Made by a program: the position numbers and the translations under genes. From Syntrophobacter sp. SbD2 (GTDB lineage Bacteria > Desulfobacterota > Binatia > UBA9968): a stretch of DNA of 64,000 nt. Positions 41,437 through 51,168 of this stretch are shown one piece after another. The stretch is taken from positions 506 through 64,505 of the forward strand of contig CAMDBU010000006.1 in NCBI GenBank assembly GCA_945889495.1, written 5' to 3'. Under the pieces are notes generated by a model that was not told the origin of the DNA, did not search any database, and saw only the letters and a program-made list of their open reading frames with translations. Position 1 is the stretch's first letter; the number at the start of each line of letters is the position of its first letter.

Positions 41437-41535
41437 GGGAATGGAGTGATGGAGTACTGGAGTATTGGAGTAATGGTCAAGACCCTCCCCTCCGGCCCAA
41501 CACTCCAACACTCCATTACTCCATCACTCCACTCT
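41437..41535. repeat. ~100-bp imperfect palindrome of TGGAGTAN octamers (copy 2 of family)
   Basis: left arm GGAATGGAGTGATGGAGTACTGGAGTATTGGAGTAATGG, right arm is its near reverse complement; 20-nt central loop. Confidence 0.8.
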
Positions 41536-41544
41536 TGACCCACC

Positions 41545-42438
41545 ATGCCTTATCAAGCGATCTTGCTCATCGCCTTCGGTGGTCCAACCGCTCCGGAAGA
41601 AATCAGACCGTTCCTCGCTCGCGTCACCAAAGGTATCCCGATTCCACCCCAGCGGCTTGAAGATGTCGCGCATCATTATGAGGCGGTGGGCGGCAAATCG
41701 CCGCTCAATGAAATCACAACTCGCCAAGCCAACGCCCTGCGACTTGCGCTGAATAGCCAGCTGCCGGTCTACATCGGCATGCGTAACGCGGCGCCGTTCT
41801 TCAGTGGAACGTTGAAACAAATGGCGGCCGATGGCGTGAAGCACGCCCTTGGCTTCATTCTGTCGTCCCACCGCACTGAAGCGAGCTGGGAGCGCTATCA
41901 GCAAAATATCGCCGATGCCCGCGCCGAGCTTGGCGACGGCACGCCGGAAGTCGACTATTGCGACGGCTGGCATGACCATCCGCTGTTTGTTCAAAGCTGG
42001 CTGGAGCTAATCCAAGCGGCGGCCAAGGGCAGCCAGGCGCCGCTCATCTTCACCGCCCACAGTTTGCCGACGGCGATGGCGGCGCGCTCGCCCTATGTCG
42101 AACAGCTCACCGCCAGCGCCCAGCTGATCGCGGCCGGGCTCCATCGTCAGAACTGGTCGCTGGCCTATCAAAGCCGCAGCGGCCGGCCAAGCGATCCCTG
42201 GTTGGAACCCGACATCGGCGCTGCCATCAAGAAGCTCGCCGGCGAAGGCCACCGAGAAGTCATCGTCGCACCCATCGGTTTTGTCTGCGATCATGTCGAA
42301 GTGCTCTACGACTTGGACATCGAAGCGAAGAAGATCGCCGACGATCTCGGCGTGCGGCTTGTGCGCGTCAGCTGCCCCAACGATCATCCGACGTTCATCC
42401 GCATGGTCGCCGAGGTCATCGGCGAAAAGATCAAATGA
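41545..42438 (+). CDS. hemH: ferrochelatase (possibly coproporphyrin ferrochelatase CpfC given hemEHY context)
   Basis: 297 aa ferrochelatase family. Confidence 0.85.
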   Translation: MPYQAILLIAFGGPTAPEEIRPFLARVTKGIPIPPQRLEDVAHHYEAVGGKSPLNEITTRQANALRLALNSQLPVYIGMRNAAPFFSGTLKQMAADGVKHALGFILSSHRTEASWERYQQNIADARAELGDGTPEVDYCDGWHDHPLFVQSWLELIQAAAKGSQAPLIFTAHSLPTAMAARSPYVEQLTASAQLIAAGLHRQNWSLAYQSRSGRPSDPWLEPDIGAAIKKLAGEGHREVIVAPIGFVCDHVEVLYDLDIEAKKIADDLGVRLVRVSCPNDHPTFIRMVAEVIGEKIK

Positions 42439-43862
42439 CTCCTCGCGTCATCGTCATTGGCGGCGGCATCGCCGGCCTGGCCGCCGCCCACCGGCTCACG
42501 GAACTGGCGACTGAGAAGTCGCAAAGCATCGACGTTAGATTGCTCGAAGCTTCACCGCGCCTGGGCGGCGCTATCGGCAGTGAGCGAGTCGGCGACTTTC
42601 TCGTCGAAGCCGGTCCCGATTCGTTCATCAGCGAAAAACCTTGGGCGTTGAAACTCTGCCAGCGCATCGGTCTGGCGCCGCGGCTGGTGTCGACCCAATC
42701 GGCCTATCAGAAAATCTACATCGTCCACGATGGCAAGTTGGTGGCGCTGCCGGAGGGCTTCTTCCTGCTCGCGCCGACCCGGCTCTGGCCGTTCATCCAA
42801 ACGCCGCTGTTCTCCTGGGCCGGCAAACTACGCATGGCGAGGGAGCTGTTTTTGCCGCGCGGCGAACCGACCGGCGACGAAAGCCTCGGCGCCTTCGTGC
42901 GCCGCCGCTTCGGCGACGAAGCGTTGGAGCGCGTCGCTCAACCGTTGGTCGGCGGCATTTACGCCAGCGATCCCGACCGACTGAGCCTCAGCGCCACCAT
43001 CCCGCGCTTCAAGGAAATGGAGCGGGACAAGCGCAGCGTCATCTACGCCATGTGGGCGGCCCAGCGCGAGCGGACGAAAAAAGCCGCTACCGGCAGCGGC
43101 GCGCGCTGGAGTTTGTTCGTCACTCTCGCCGGCGGCATGCAGGAGCTGGTTGACCAGCTCGCCGAGCGTTTGCCCAACGGCAGCGTAGAATTGAACCGCG
43201 CCGCGACGGGGTTGAAGCGAAACAGCGATGGCACTTGGAGCGTCGCCGTCGGCAGCGCAGAAATCATCGACGCCGACGCGGTGATCATCGCGACACCGGC
43301 ATTTCGCGCTGGCGCTTTACTCGGCGCCATCGACGCCAACGGGGCGGCTGAGCTGAAAGCGATTACCTACGCCTCCACCGCCACCGTCAGCCTAGCTTAC
43401 CGGCGCAAAGATTTTCCCCAGGCGCCCAACAGCTTCGGTTTCGTCGTGCCCGCCATCGAGCGGCGCAAGATCATGGCCTGCACCTTCAGCAGCTTGAAAT
43501 ATCCCGGCCGCGCGCCCGACGATTGCATCTTGCTGCGCGCCTTTGTCGGCGGCAGCTTGCAAGCGGAATTGTTCGAGCAGAATGACGCCGACATGGAGCA
43601 CACCGTGCGCGGCGAACTGGCGAGCCTGCTCGGCGTCAGTGCCGCGCCGCTTTTCTCGCGCATCTGGCGCCATCCCAACTCGATGCCGCAATATCACGTC
43701 GGCCACGACGCGCGCGTGAGCCGCATCGAAGGCGCGTTGAAACCGTTCCCCACCCTGGCGCTGGCCGGCAGCGCCTATCACGGCGTCGGCATCTCCGACT
43801 GCGTCCGCACCGGCGAAGCAGCCGCGGAAAAAGTCTTTGCGCACCTGCTTCCGACTTCGTAG
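42435..43862 (+). CDS. hemY: FAD-dependent protoporphyrinogen/coproporphyrinogen oxidase (HemY/CgoX)
   Basis: 475 aa; N-terminal VIGGGIAGLAAA dinucleotide fold; 4-bp overlap with hemH. Confidence 0.85.
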   Translation: MTPRVIVIGGGIAGLAAAHRLTELATEKSQSIDVRLLEASPRLGGAIGSERVGDFLVEAGPDSFISEKPWALKLCQRIGLAPRLVSTQSAYQKIYIVHDGKLVALPEGFFLLAPTRLWPFIQTPLFSWAGKLRMARELFLPRGEPTGDESLGAFVRRRFGDEALERVAQPLVGGIYASDPDRLSLSATIPRFKEMERDKRSVIYAMWAAQRERTKKAATGSGARWSLFVTLAGGMQELVDQLAERLPNGSVELNRAATGLKRNSDGTWSVAVGSAEIIDADAVIIATPAFRAGALLGAIDANGAAELKAITYASTATVSLAYRRKDFPQAPNSFGFVVPAIERRKIMACTFSSLKYPGRAPDDCILLRAFVGGSLQAELFEQNDADMEHTVRGELASLLGVSAAPLFSRIWRHPNSMPQYHVGHDARVSRIEGALKPFPTLALAGSAYHGVGISDCVRTGEAAAEKVFAHLLPTS

Positions 43863-43920
43863 GGTGCGCCGTGCGCACCATCCGGTGGTCGGTGCGCGCG
43901 GCGCACCCTACAAAAAAAAG
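43859..43920 (+). other. long GC-rich hairpin (13-bp outer stem GTAGGGTGCGCCG/CGGCGCACCCTAC) followed by A8; possible factor-independent terminator without U-tract
   Basis: seen directly. Confidence 0.35.
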
Positions 43921-44023
43921 ACGATTCGGTCTCACAATTCATCTTGTCATTTCGACCCCAGGGAGAAATCTTTCTCACAGTCGCTGCTTGACGCCTACAT
44001 GATTACCGGATTATGAATCCGCT

Positions 44024-44863
44024 ATGTTTATCATCGATTCACAAGTTCATATTTGGGCGCCCGAGACGCCGGACAAACCTTACGCCAAAGAGAACGCCTC
44101 CAAGCCCCATCGCGATGTCGCTCTCGGCCATGACGAACTCTTGCGCGAGATGGACGGCGCCGGCGTGGCGCGCTGCATCCTCGTGCCGCCGACCTGGGAA
44201 GGCGACCGCAACGACACCTCCATCGAAGCGGCGCGGCAACATCCCGATCGCTTTCGCGTCATGGGCAAGTTGGCTTTGAACAATCCCAACGGCCCGGCAT
44301 TGATGGCGAGCTGGAAACAGCAGCCCTACATGCTCGGCATTCGCATGGTGTTCAACCGCGGCGAATCCGCGAAATGGCTCACCGACGGCACCGCCGATTG
44401 GTTCTGGCGGGAAGCCGAACGCCACGACATTCCAGTGATGACTCTAGCCCAAGGGCAAGTGCCCGCCCTTGGCGCAGTCGCCGAGCGCCATCCGGGGCTG
44501 CGCTTGATCGTCGATCACATGGGCTTGAACGCCGCGCTACGCGGCAAACCGCTCGGGCCGTCGGTGGACGACGTGGTCAAACTAGCCCGCCACAAAAACG
44601 TCGCGGTGAAAGTTTCCGCGCTGCCGGTTTACGTCGACGAGCCCTATCCATTTCCGACGTTGCATCCATTGGTGCGCCGGGTCGTCGACGCCTTTGGTCC
44701 GCAGCGCTGCTTCTGGGGCACCGATTTGTCGCACCTGCCCTGCCCGTACAAACGAGTCGTCACGCTGTTCACCGAAGAAATGAAATCGTTAACCACGACC
44801 GAACTGGATTGGATCATGGGCCGCGCCATCGCCCAATGGCTCAGCTGGCCGCTGGCGAATTAA
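44024..44863 (+). CDS. amidohydrolase-2 family metal-dependent hydrolase (LigI/ACMSD-like)
   Basis: 279 aa; N-terminal DSQVHIW, TIM-barrel hydrolase pattern. Confidence 0.7.
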   Translation: MFIIDSQVHIWAPETPDKPYAKENASKPHRDVALGHDELLREMDGAGVARCILVPPTWEGDRNDTSIEAARQHPDRFRVMGKLALNNPNGPALMASWKQQPYMLGIRMVFNRGESAKWLTDGTADWFWREAERHDIPVMTLAQGQVPALGAVAERHPGLRLIVDHMGLNAALRGKPLGPSVDDVVKLARHKNVAVKVSALPVYVDEPYPFPTLHPLVRRVVDAFGPQRCFWGTDLSHLPCPYKRVVTLFTEEMKSLTTTELDWIMGRAIAQWLSWPLAN

Positions 44864-44879
44864 TCTGGAGGATAAGACA

Positions 44880-45590
44880 ATGAACATCATCAATCGCGAT
44901 CTCACCACCGAGAAAGACGGCGTACCCGGCTACCTCGCCCATCCCGACCGCAAAGAGCCCGGTCCCGGTGTGATGATCGTGCATCATCACTACGGCTGCA
45001 CCGGCAACATGAAAGTCAAAGTCTGCGACTACGCCAAACTCGGCTACACCACCATCGTGCCCGACATGTACCAGATGCTCGGGGTCGCCGACGGCGTTCA
45101 CGAGGCGCAGAAAAAAACCACCGACGGCCAGTTCGTCGAGATCCTGACGCGCTCCTGGAACTATCTTACCAGCCGACCGGAAGTCGACGCCAAACGTTGC
45201 GCCGTGGTCGGCTACTGCATGGGCGGGCGCATCGGCATTCACTTCGCTGCCGCGACACCGAGCGCCCGCGCCTTCGTCGCCTATTACCCATCCGTCCGCG
45301 AAGAAGGCCCCAGCCAACTGCGCCCGCGCCATCCCAACGACGCCGTCAAAGACATGAAATGCCCAGCGCAAATCTTCATCGGCGGCCAAGACCGCGTGTC
45401 ATCGATCCCGGTACAGCAAAAACTCATGGCCGCCTTTCAAGCCAACGGCCAGCCATTGGACTGGCACTACTTCCACCGCGCCGGCCACGGCTTCGCCATG
45501 GCCGATGGCGACTGCTACGATCCGGCACTGGCGGATCAGGCGTGGAGTTTGATGTCGGAGTTCTTAGGCCGCGAGTTGGGCAACGGTTAG
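44880..45590 (+). CDS. dienelactone hydrolase family protein
   Basis: 236 aa; nucleophile elbow GYCMGG. Confidence 0.8.
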   Translation: MNIINRDLTTEKDGVPGYLAHPDRKEPGPGVMIVHHHYGCTGNMKVKVCDYAKLGYTTIVPDMYQMLGVADGVHEAQKKTTDGQFVEILTRSWNYLTSRPEVDAKRCAVVGYCMGGRIGIHFAAATPSARAFVAYYPSVREEGPSQLRPRHPNDAVKDMKCPAQIFIGGQDRVSSIPVQQKLMAAFQANGQPLDWHYFHRAGHGFAMADGDCYDPALADQAWSLMSEFLGRELGNG

Positions 45591-46125
45591 AGCGAACAGA
45601 TCACGATGATGCTCAGCAACCTGGTAGAACCGCGTTCCGGTGAATTCCCCTCTTAGTTGATCGGGATTGACCGGCTTCACTGCTTACTCATTGCTCGGTG
45701 CCTAACGGCTCCACGATCAGCCGCAAGAAGCGCGGTCCTCATCTCTTATCGGACTATCCGACGCGAGCCGATTGTCAGGTGCATCGTACTGAAACCGACA
45801 ATCTCTGCCATAACGAAATCGCTCTGTAAAACGCTGCATACAAACAAATGCCTGCAATCACCGCGTAGAGTAACGCTACGAGAGTAAAGCTTACTGGCTG
45901 CGTCCGAAACGAAAACGTCAAAGTCGAATCGGTATGATAAATACGCCCAGTCCGAACGCCGCTGACAACCATACTCAGAAGCCACGCGCCGAAAAAACAA
46001 AGCCAAGTACGTCTCGAATCATGCGAGTCGACCTAAAGCAAAGCGGCTGAGCCGCTGCCGAACAAAGCGAGCCCACGGCGAGCATTTTGGGCATCGGTTT
46101 CCAGCCGCGGCTTCGGCACCCTTCA

Positions 46126-46419
46126 TTAGTTATTCTCCGCCTCGTTATCCGGAAAGAAAGTGAAGCCCCGGACCACCAGAGGCACCTTTGCTGGATCTAT
46201 TTCTTCAATCTCGTCGACGAAAACACGCGGAGGATCACGGCGGTCGTTCAATGGTTTGAGTTGGTCATCAACACGCAGCAACTCTATTGCGGCAAGCTCC
46301 GCCGCCTCAGCGTTTTTTGCTTCTAAAAAACGCGTCGTGTAGAAACCCATGCGCTCCTGTTTGTCCTCATTACGCAGCCAAAAATTCCGCCCGTTCATCA
46401 GTACGCGGTAGTGGGGCAT
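46126..46419 (-). CDS. hypothetical protein
   Basis: 97 aa ORF, no motif. Confidence 0.4.
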   Translation of the reverse strand: MPHYRVLMNGRNFWLRNEDKQERMGFYTTRFLEAKNAEAAELAAIELLRVDDQLKPLNDRRDPPRVFVDEIEEIDPAKVPLVVRGFTFFPDNEAENN

Positions 46420-46629
46420 AGTTTCCCGTCTGGCGAACTATTTAGTGAGCCACCGTAGGCGCCGACAATTGCCGGTGGGCATATTCAGACAACGGCTGGG
46501 TTCAGCAAACATTTAAAGTTGCTGGAATATCCATTAGGTAGCCGCGCTTGTCAATGTCAAATTCGCTGGCAATAGCGGGCCGGCGCGATTGAACCAATGA
46601 AAGACCGAAGGATGGTAATAAAATACTTT

Positions 46630-47808
46630 TCACGCCGCCTGCCCCGCCGCCCAGCCCGACGACCAGGCCCATTGAAAGTTGAAGCCGCCGAGATGACCGG
46701 TGACGTCAACGACCTCGCCGACGAAGTAAAGGCCGGGAACGACCTTCGACTCCATGGTCGTCGACGACAGCTCGTCGGTATTGACGCCGCCCACCGTAAC
46801 CTCCGCGGTGCGGTAGCCTTCGGTCTCGCTGGGCTGAAAGCGCCAACTTTGCAGCCGCTCGCAGATCGCGCGCACATCGCGCGGCGTATACTGGCGCAAT
46901 GGCCGGCTGCCGAGTTCAATATCGCACAACCGTTGGGCCAAACGCTTCGGCAAGAACTCCCCCAGCACGGTTTTCAGCTCCGCGTCGGGGCGCGCCGACT
47001 GCCTTCCTTTCAACCACGCGTCGGCATCGGTCAACGGCAGAAAATTGATCGCCAGCTCATCACCCGGCTGCGAGTAGGACGAGATTTGCAAAATCGCCGG
47101 CCCGCTGATGCCGCGATGGGTGAACAACATGGCGTTGGAAAAACTCTGCCGTCGGCACTCGACTTGTACCGGCAAGCTGACACCGGACAGATCTTTGTAA
47201 CGCACCAAGTCGTCCGGGCTGAAAACCAACGGCACCAGACCGGCGCGGGTCGGTGCCAAACTATGCCCGAAGCGCTTGGCGATGTCGTAACCGAAACCGC
47301 TGGCGCCCATCTTGGGCACCGATAGACCGCCGCAAGCAACCACCAGCGAGGAAACTTCGACGGCGCCGCGCTTGGTCTTGACGACAAAGCCGGCGGCACC
47401 GCGCTCGACAGCGCTGACAGTGCAATCGGTGCTGATGCGCACGCCCGCTTCGCGGCATTCGTCGGTGAGCAGTTTGACGATCTGGCGCGCCGATTGGTCG
47501 CAGAACAGTTGGCCCAATTCTTTCTCGTGATAGGCGATGCCATGGCGCTGCACCAGGTCGATAAAATCCCACTGCGTGTAACGCGCCAGCGCGGATTTAC
47601 AAAAGTGCGGATTGGCCGAGAGAAAAGTGTCCGGCGTGACGTTGAGGTTGGTAAAGTTGCAGCGGCCGCCGCCGGAGATGAGAATTTTCTTGCCGACTCG
47701 GTCGCTATGCTCGATGACCAGCACGCGCCGGCCGCGCTTGCCCGCCTCGACGGCGCACATCAAGCCCGCGGCGCCGCCGCCGATCACCGCTACGTCGTAG
47801 TCAAGCAT
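46630..47808 (-). CDS. HI0933/BaiN-like NAD(P)/FAD-dependent oxidoreductase
   Basis: 392 aa; N-terminal DVAVIGGGAAGLMCA. Confidence 0.85.
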   Translation of the reverse strand: MLDYDVAVIGGGAAGLMCAVEAGKRGRRVLVIEHSDRVGKKILISGGGRCNFTNLNVTPDTFLSANPHFCKSALARYTQWDFIDLVQRHGIAYHEKELGQLFCDQSARQIVKLLTDECREAGVRISTDCTVSAVERGAAGFVVKTKRGAVEVSSLVVACGGLSVPKMGASGFGYDIAKRFGHSLAPTRAGLVPLVFSPDDLVRYKDLSGVSLPVQVECRRQSFSNAMLFTHRGISGPAILQISSYSQPGDELAINFLPLTDADAWLKGRQSARPDAELKTVLGEFLPKRLAQRLCDIELGSRPLRQYTPRDVRAICERLQSWRFQPSETEGYRTAEVTVGGVNTDELSSTTMESKVVPGLYFVGEVVDVTGHLGGFNFQWAWSSGWAAGQAA

Positions 47809-47923
47809 TAACGATGATCGCGGTCGGGTTGTTTACGGTAACCGGCCGTGCCAGGGATTTTGAGAACATGAAGAAAGCAGCTGCGGTTTGGTTACTGAGT
47901 AGTGTGATTCACCCCTGCTGGAT

Positions 47924-49099
47924 TCAGATAATCCCCTTGTCCTTGAACTCCGCGATCTGCTGATCGCTGTAGCCGAGCGGCTTCAGGTACTCGGCGTTAT
48001 GCTCGCCCAATTCCGGCGGCGGTATCGGGTGGGGATTTTTGTCGTCGCTGTAGATGTTCGGAAACGCCACGGTGCGGATGTCCGGTTTGTCTTGGCGTTC
48101 GAGGGTGATCTCCAGGCCCATATGTTTGATCTGCGGGTCTTGGAACACTTCGAGCATGTTGTAGACCGGCGTGTGCGGCACGTCTTCGGCTTCGAGCCGC
48201 GCCATCCAGTGGGCGCGCGGCTGTTGCTTGAAGAACTCGCCGAAGGTCGACGCCAACTGATCGTAATTCTTGCGCCGGTTGGGCCGCGTGCTGAAGCGCG
48301 GGTCGTCGATAAGTTCCGCATGGCCGGCGGCTTTGCACAGCCCTTCCCAAAATTTCTGCGGCGACGACAGATGAATCGCGAACATGGCGCCGTCCGAACC
48401 GCTGAACGCGTAGGTCTGCGACTGCATCGGCCGGGTGTAGGGACCTGGAATTTTGCCGGTCGCCAACGCGTCCGTCGCCGGCGCGATCAAGAACGCCAAC
48501 ACCGAGCCCGCCATCGTGGTATCGACTTGCTGGCCTTTGCCGGTCTTGGCCCGCGCCGCGATGGCGCCGAGCACGCCGATGGTGGCGAACATGCCGCTCA
48601 AGCTGTCAGCATAGTTGGGTCCGATGGGCCGGGGATTGTTGGCATCCATGAGAAGACTCAACATGCCGCCCAGCCCTTGGCCGACGGTGTCGTAGGCCGG
48701 CCGCTTGACGTAGGGTCCGCTCGGCCCAGTGCCGGTGATCGACAGATAGATGACGCCGGGATTGGTCTTGCTCACGGTATCGTAATCGATGCCGAGTTTT
48801 TTCATCACGCCGGGCCGATAATTGTCGAGCACCACGTCGGCGGTCTTGGCGAGCGCGAGAAAGATATCCTTGCCCTCGGGCGTTTGCAGATTGAGCGTGA
48901 TGCTACGCTTGCCGCGATTGTAGGACCAAAAGTTTGGCTGGTCGCCGCCCAAATCCCAACCGCGAAACGGATCGCCGCCCTTGGGATTTTCAACCTTAAC
49001 AACTTCCGCGCCCATGTCGGCCAACAACATCGCGCCGTAGGGGCCAGAAATAAAATTGCCCAACTCCAAAACTTTGATGCCTTCTAAGCAGCCGTTCAT
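47924..49099 (-). CDS. family III CoA-transferase (CaiB/BaiF)
   Basis: 391 aa; N-terminal LEGIKVLELGNFISGPYGAMLLADMGAEV. Confidence 0.88.
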   Translation of the reverse strand: MNGCLEGIKVLELGNFISGPYGAMLLADMGAEVVKVENPKGGDPFRGWDLGGDQPNFWSYNRGKRSITLNLQTPEGKDIFLALAKTADVVLDNYRPGVMKKLGIDYDTVSKTNPGVIYLSITGTGPSGPYVKRPAYDTVGQGLGGMLSLLMDANNPRPIGPNYADSLSGMFATIGVLGAIAARAKTGKGQQVDTTMAGSVLAFLIAPATDALATGKIPGPYTRPMQSQTYAFSGSDGAMFAIHLSSPQKFWEGLCKAAGHAELIDDPRFSTRPNRRKNYDQLASTFGEFFKQQPRAHWMARLEAEDVPHTPVYNMLEVFQDPQIKHMGLEITLERQDKPDIRTVAFPNIYSDDKNPHPIPPPELGEHNAEYLKPLGYSDQQIAEFKDKGII

Positions 49100-49131
49100 G
49101 AATCGCTCCGTCCCGTGATCTAATATCGTTA

Positions 49132-49449
49132 CTACGCCGCGCGCCGTTTGGTCTCGACTTGCACGGCAATTCCCGCTTTCGCCAGCATGTTAATTAATTT
49201 GTCCACGCTAAAGCGGCTGATCTCGCCTTTGAGCAGATTACTAATGCGCGGCTGGGTCTCGGCAAAAAACGTTGCGGCTTGCGCCTGAGTCCAACCTTGA
49301 TCTTCAATGTAGCGCCGCAAGTCGATCATCAAATCCGCGCGGATTTTTAAGTTCGCGGCTTCCCACGGGTCGAAGCCCAGATCTGCAAATACATTCTGAC
49401 TGCCACGCGAGAACGTCACTCTGCCAACTTCAGATGGTTTTTTGACCAT
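49132..49449 (-). CDS. higA: HigA-type XRE-family antitoxin
   Basis: ~106 aa from ATG 49447-49449; HTH region GWTQAQAATFFAETQPRISNLLKG. Confidence 0.7.
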   Translation of the reverse strand: MVKKPSEVGRVTFSRGSQNVFADLGFDPWEAANLKIRADLMIDLRRYIEDQGWTQAQAATFFAETQPRISNLLKGEISRFSVDKLINMLAKAGIAVQVETKRRAA

Positions 49450-49771
49450 GGAGGGCCTGCGCTTCTTTGAAACGCTCCTGGCCGATGACGATGTCGCGCT
49501 TGGAGGTTTTTTGCGTTTTCTTTTGGAACGCGTGAAGGACATAAACACCCTCGTCAAATTTTGTCACATAGAAAACCCGGAACGCGCCACCCGTTTGAAT
49601 GCGAATCTCGTAGGCTCCCGGCCCGATGATCGGCATGGCCTTGAAATCGCTTGGGCTCTCACCGCGCTGTACGGCGCGCAGTTCGAAACCTGCTCGGCGT
49701 CTAGCTTCGCCGGGGAATTCCAGCAAATCGCGACGCGACGCACCGATCCAAACCGGCAGCTTGTCAGCCAT
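49430..49771 (-). CDS. higB: HigB-like RelE/ParE-superfamily toxin
   Basis: 113 aa; ...YVLHAFQKKTQKTSKRDI... hallmark; toxin upstream of antitoxin with 20-nt overlap. Confidence 0.75.
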   Translation of the reverse strand: MADKLPVWIGASRRDLLEFPGEARRRAGFELRAVQRGESPSDFKAMPIIGPGAYEIRIQTGGAFRVFYVTKFDEGVYVLHAFQKKTQKTSKRDIVIGQERFKEAQALHGQKTI

Positions 49772-49856
49772 AGTTTACATGCCAAATGAGGTATACAACC
49801 TTTTCGGTCGGCCGTCAAAGTAACAGTAAGCGATTGACGTCGACGAATGGGCGATC

Positions 49857-51032
49857 CTAGATAATCCCCTTCTCCTTAAACTCCGCGATCTTCGCGTCGT
49901 CATAACCGAGCGACTTCAGAAACTCGCCATTGTTCTCACCCAATTCCGGTGGCGGCGCGGGGAATGGCGACGGCGTGTCGCTGTGGGTGAGCGGGAACTT
50001 CACCGTGTTGATGGTCGGCTTGCCTTGGCGTTCGATGGCGATCTGCATGCCCATATGTTTGACCTGCGGATCGTCGAAGACTTCTTTTAAATTGTACACC
50101 GGGGTGTGCGGCACGTCGTTGGCTTCGAGCTGGTCGACCCAATGGGCGCGCGGCTTTTCCTTGAAGAACACCGCGAAGGTCTTGTTGAGCTCGTCGTAGT
50201 TGGCGCGCCGGTTGGGCCGGGTGTTGAAACGCGGATCGTCAATCACTTCGGGACGGCCCACCGCCTTGCACAGCCCTTCCCAAAATTTTTGCGGCGACGA
50301 CAAGTGAATCGCCAGCATGGCGCCGTCGGCGCAAGCGAACGCGTAGGTCTGCGACTGGCGCGGCCGAGTGTACGGACCGGGGATGCGTCCATGGGCCATG
50401 GTCTCGGTGGCCGGCGCGTTCAAGAACGCCAGGATCGAGCCGACCATCGTCGCGTCGACCTGCTGGCCTTTGCCGGTAGTGTTGCGCGCCATCAGCGCGC
50501 CGAGAACGCCCAACGCGGAAAACATCCCGCTCAAGCAGTCGGCGTAAGCCGGACCGACGGGCTTGGGATCCTTCGGGTCCATGAGCACGCTCATCATGCC
50601 GCCCATGCCCTGGCCGACGGTGTCGTAAGCTGGCCGCTTGACGTAAGGGCCAGATGGGCCGGTGCCGGTGATCGAGCAGCAGATGATTTTCGGATTGAGC
50701 TTGCTCAACGACTCGAAGTCGATGCCGAGCTTCTTGGTCACGCCGGGCCGGTAGTTGTCCATCACGACGTCGGCTTTTTTCACCAAGCCGTAGAAGACTT
50801 CTTTACCTTCGGGAGTCTGCAAATTCAGTGTCACGCTCTTCTTGCCGCGATTGTAAGCCCAAAAGTTCGGCTGATCGCCGCCGAAATCCCAGCCGCGAAA
50901 CGGATCGCCGCCCTTGGGATTTTCTACTTTGATCACTTCCGCGCCCATATCGGCCAGCAACATCGCGCCGTAGGGGCCGGAAATAAAATTACCCAACTCC
51001 AAAACCTTGATGCCGTCTAAACAACCTGCCAT
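49857..51032 (-). CDS. family III CoA-transferase, paralog of 47924..49099
   Basis: 391 aa from ATG 51030-51032 (GGAGATAT RBS); ORF track's 98-codon upstream extension is unlikely. Confidence 0.85.
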   Translation of the reverse strand: MAGCLDGIKVLELGNFISGPYGAMLLADMGAEVIKVENPKGGDPFRGWDFGGDQPNFWAYNRGKKSVTLNLQTPEGKEVFYGLVKKADVVMDNYRPGVTKKLGIDFESLSKLNPKIICCSITGTGPSGPYVKRPAYDTVGQGMGGMMSVLMDPKDPKPVGPAYADCLSGMFSALGVLGALMARNTTGKGQQVDATMVGSILAFLNAPATETMAHGRIPGPYTRPRQSQTYAFACADGAMLAIHLSSPQKFWEGLCKAVGRPEVIDDPRFNTRPNRRANYDELNKTFAVFFKEKPRAHWVDQLEANDVPHTPVYNLKEVFDDPQVKHMGMQIAIERQGKPTINTVKFPLTHSDTPSPFPAPPPELGENNGEFLKSLGYDDAKIAEFKEKGII

Positions 51033-51168
51033 CGTGATATCTCCTCTTTCGCCGTGAAATTTGAATTCTGGAATTTGAAATTCCTCGCCCCGCGAGGCTT
51101 GCCTGTTGCCTATTGGCTTCCTAATCCGATATTGAACTTTCATATCGCCCATTGCGCAGGAGAACAAG

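Noticed and set aside
45657-46006. Small ORFs 45657..45887(+), 45746..46006(-), 45775..45972(-) in the low-GC gap
   Set aside because: They have no motifs or RBS support and are mutually overlapping, so they were reported only as a non-coding gap of interest.
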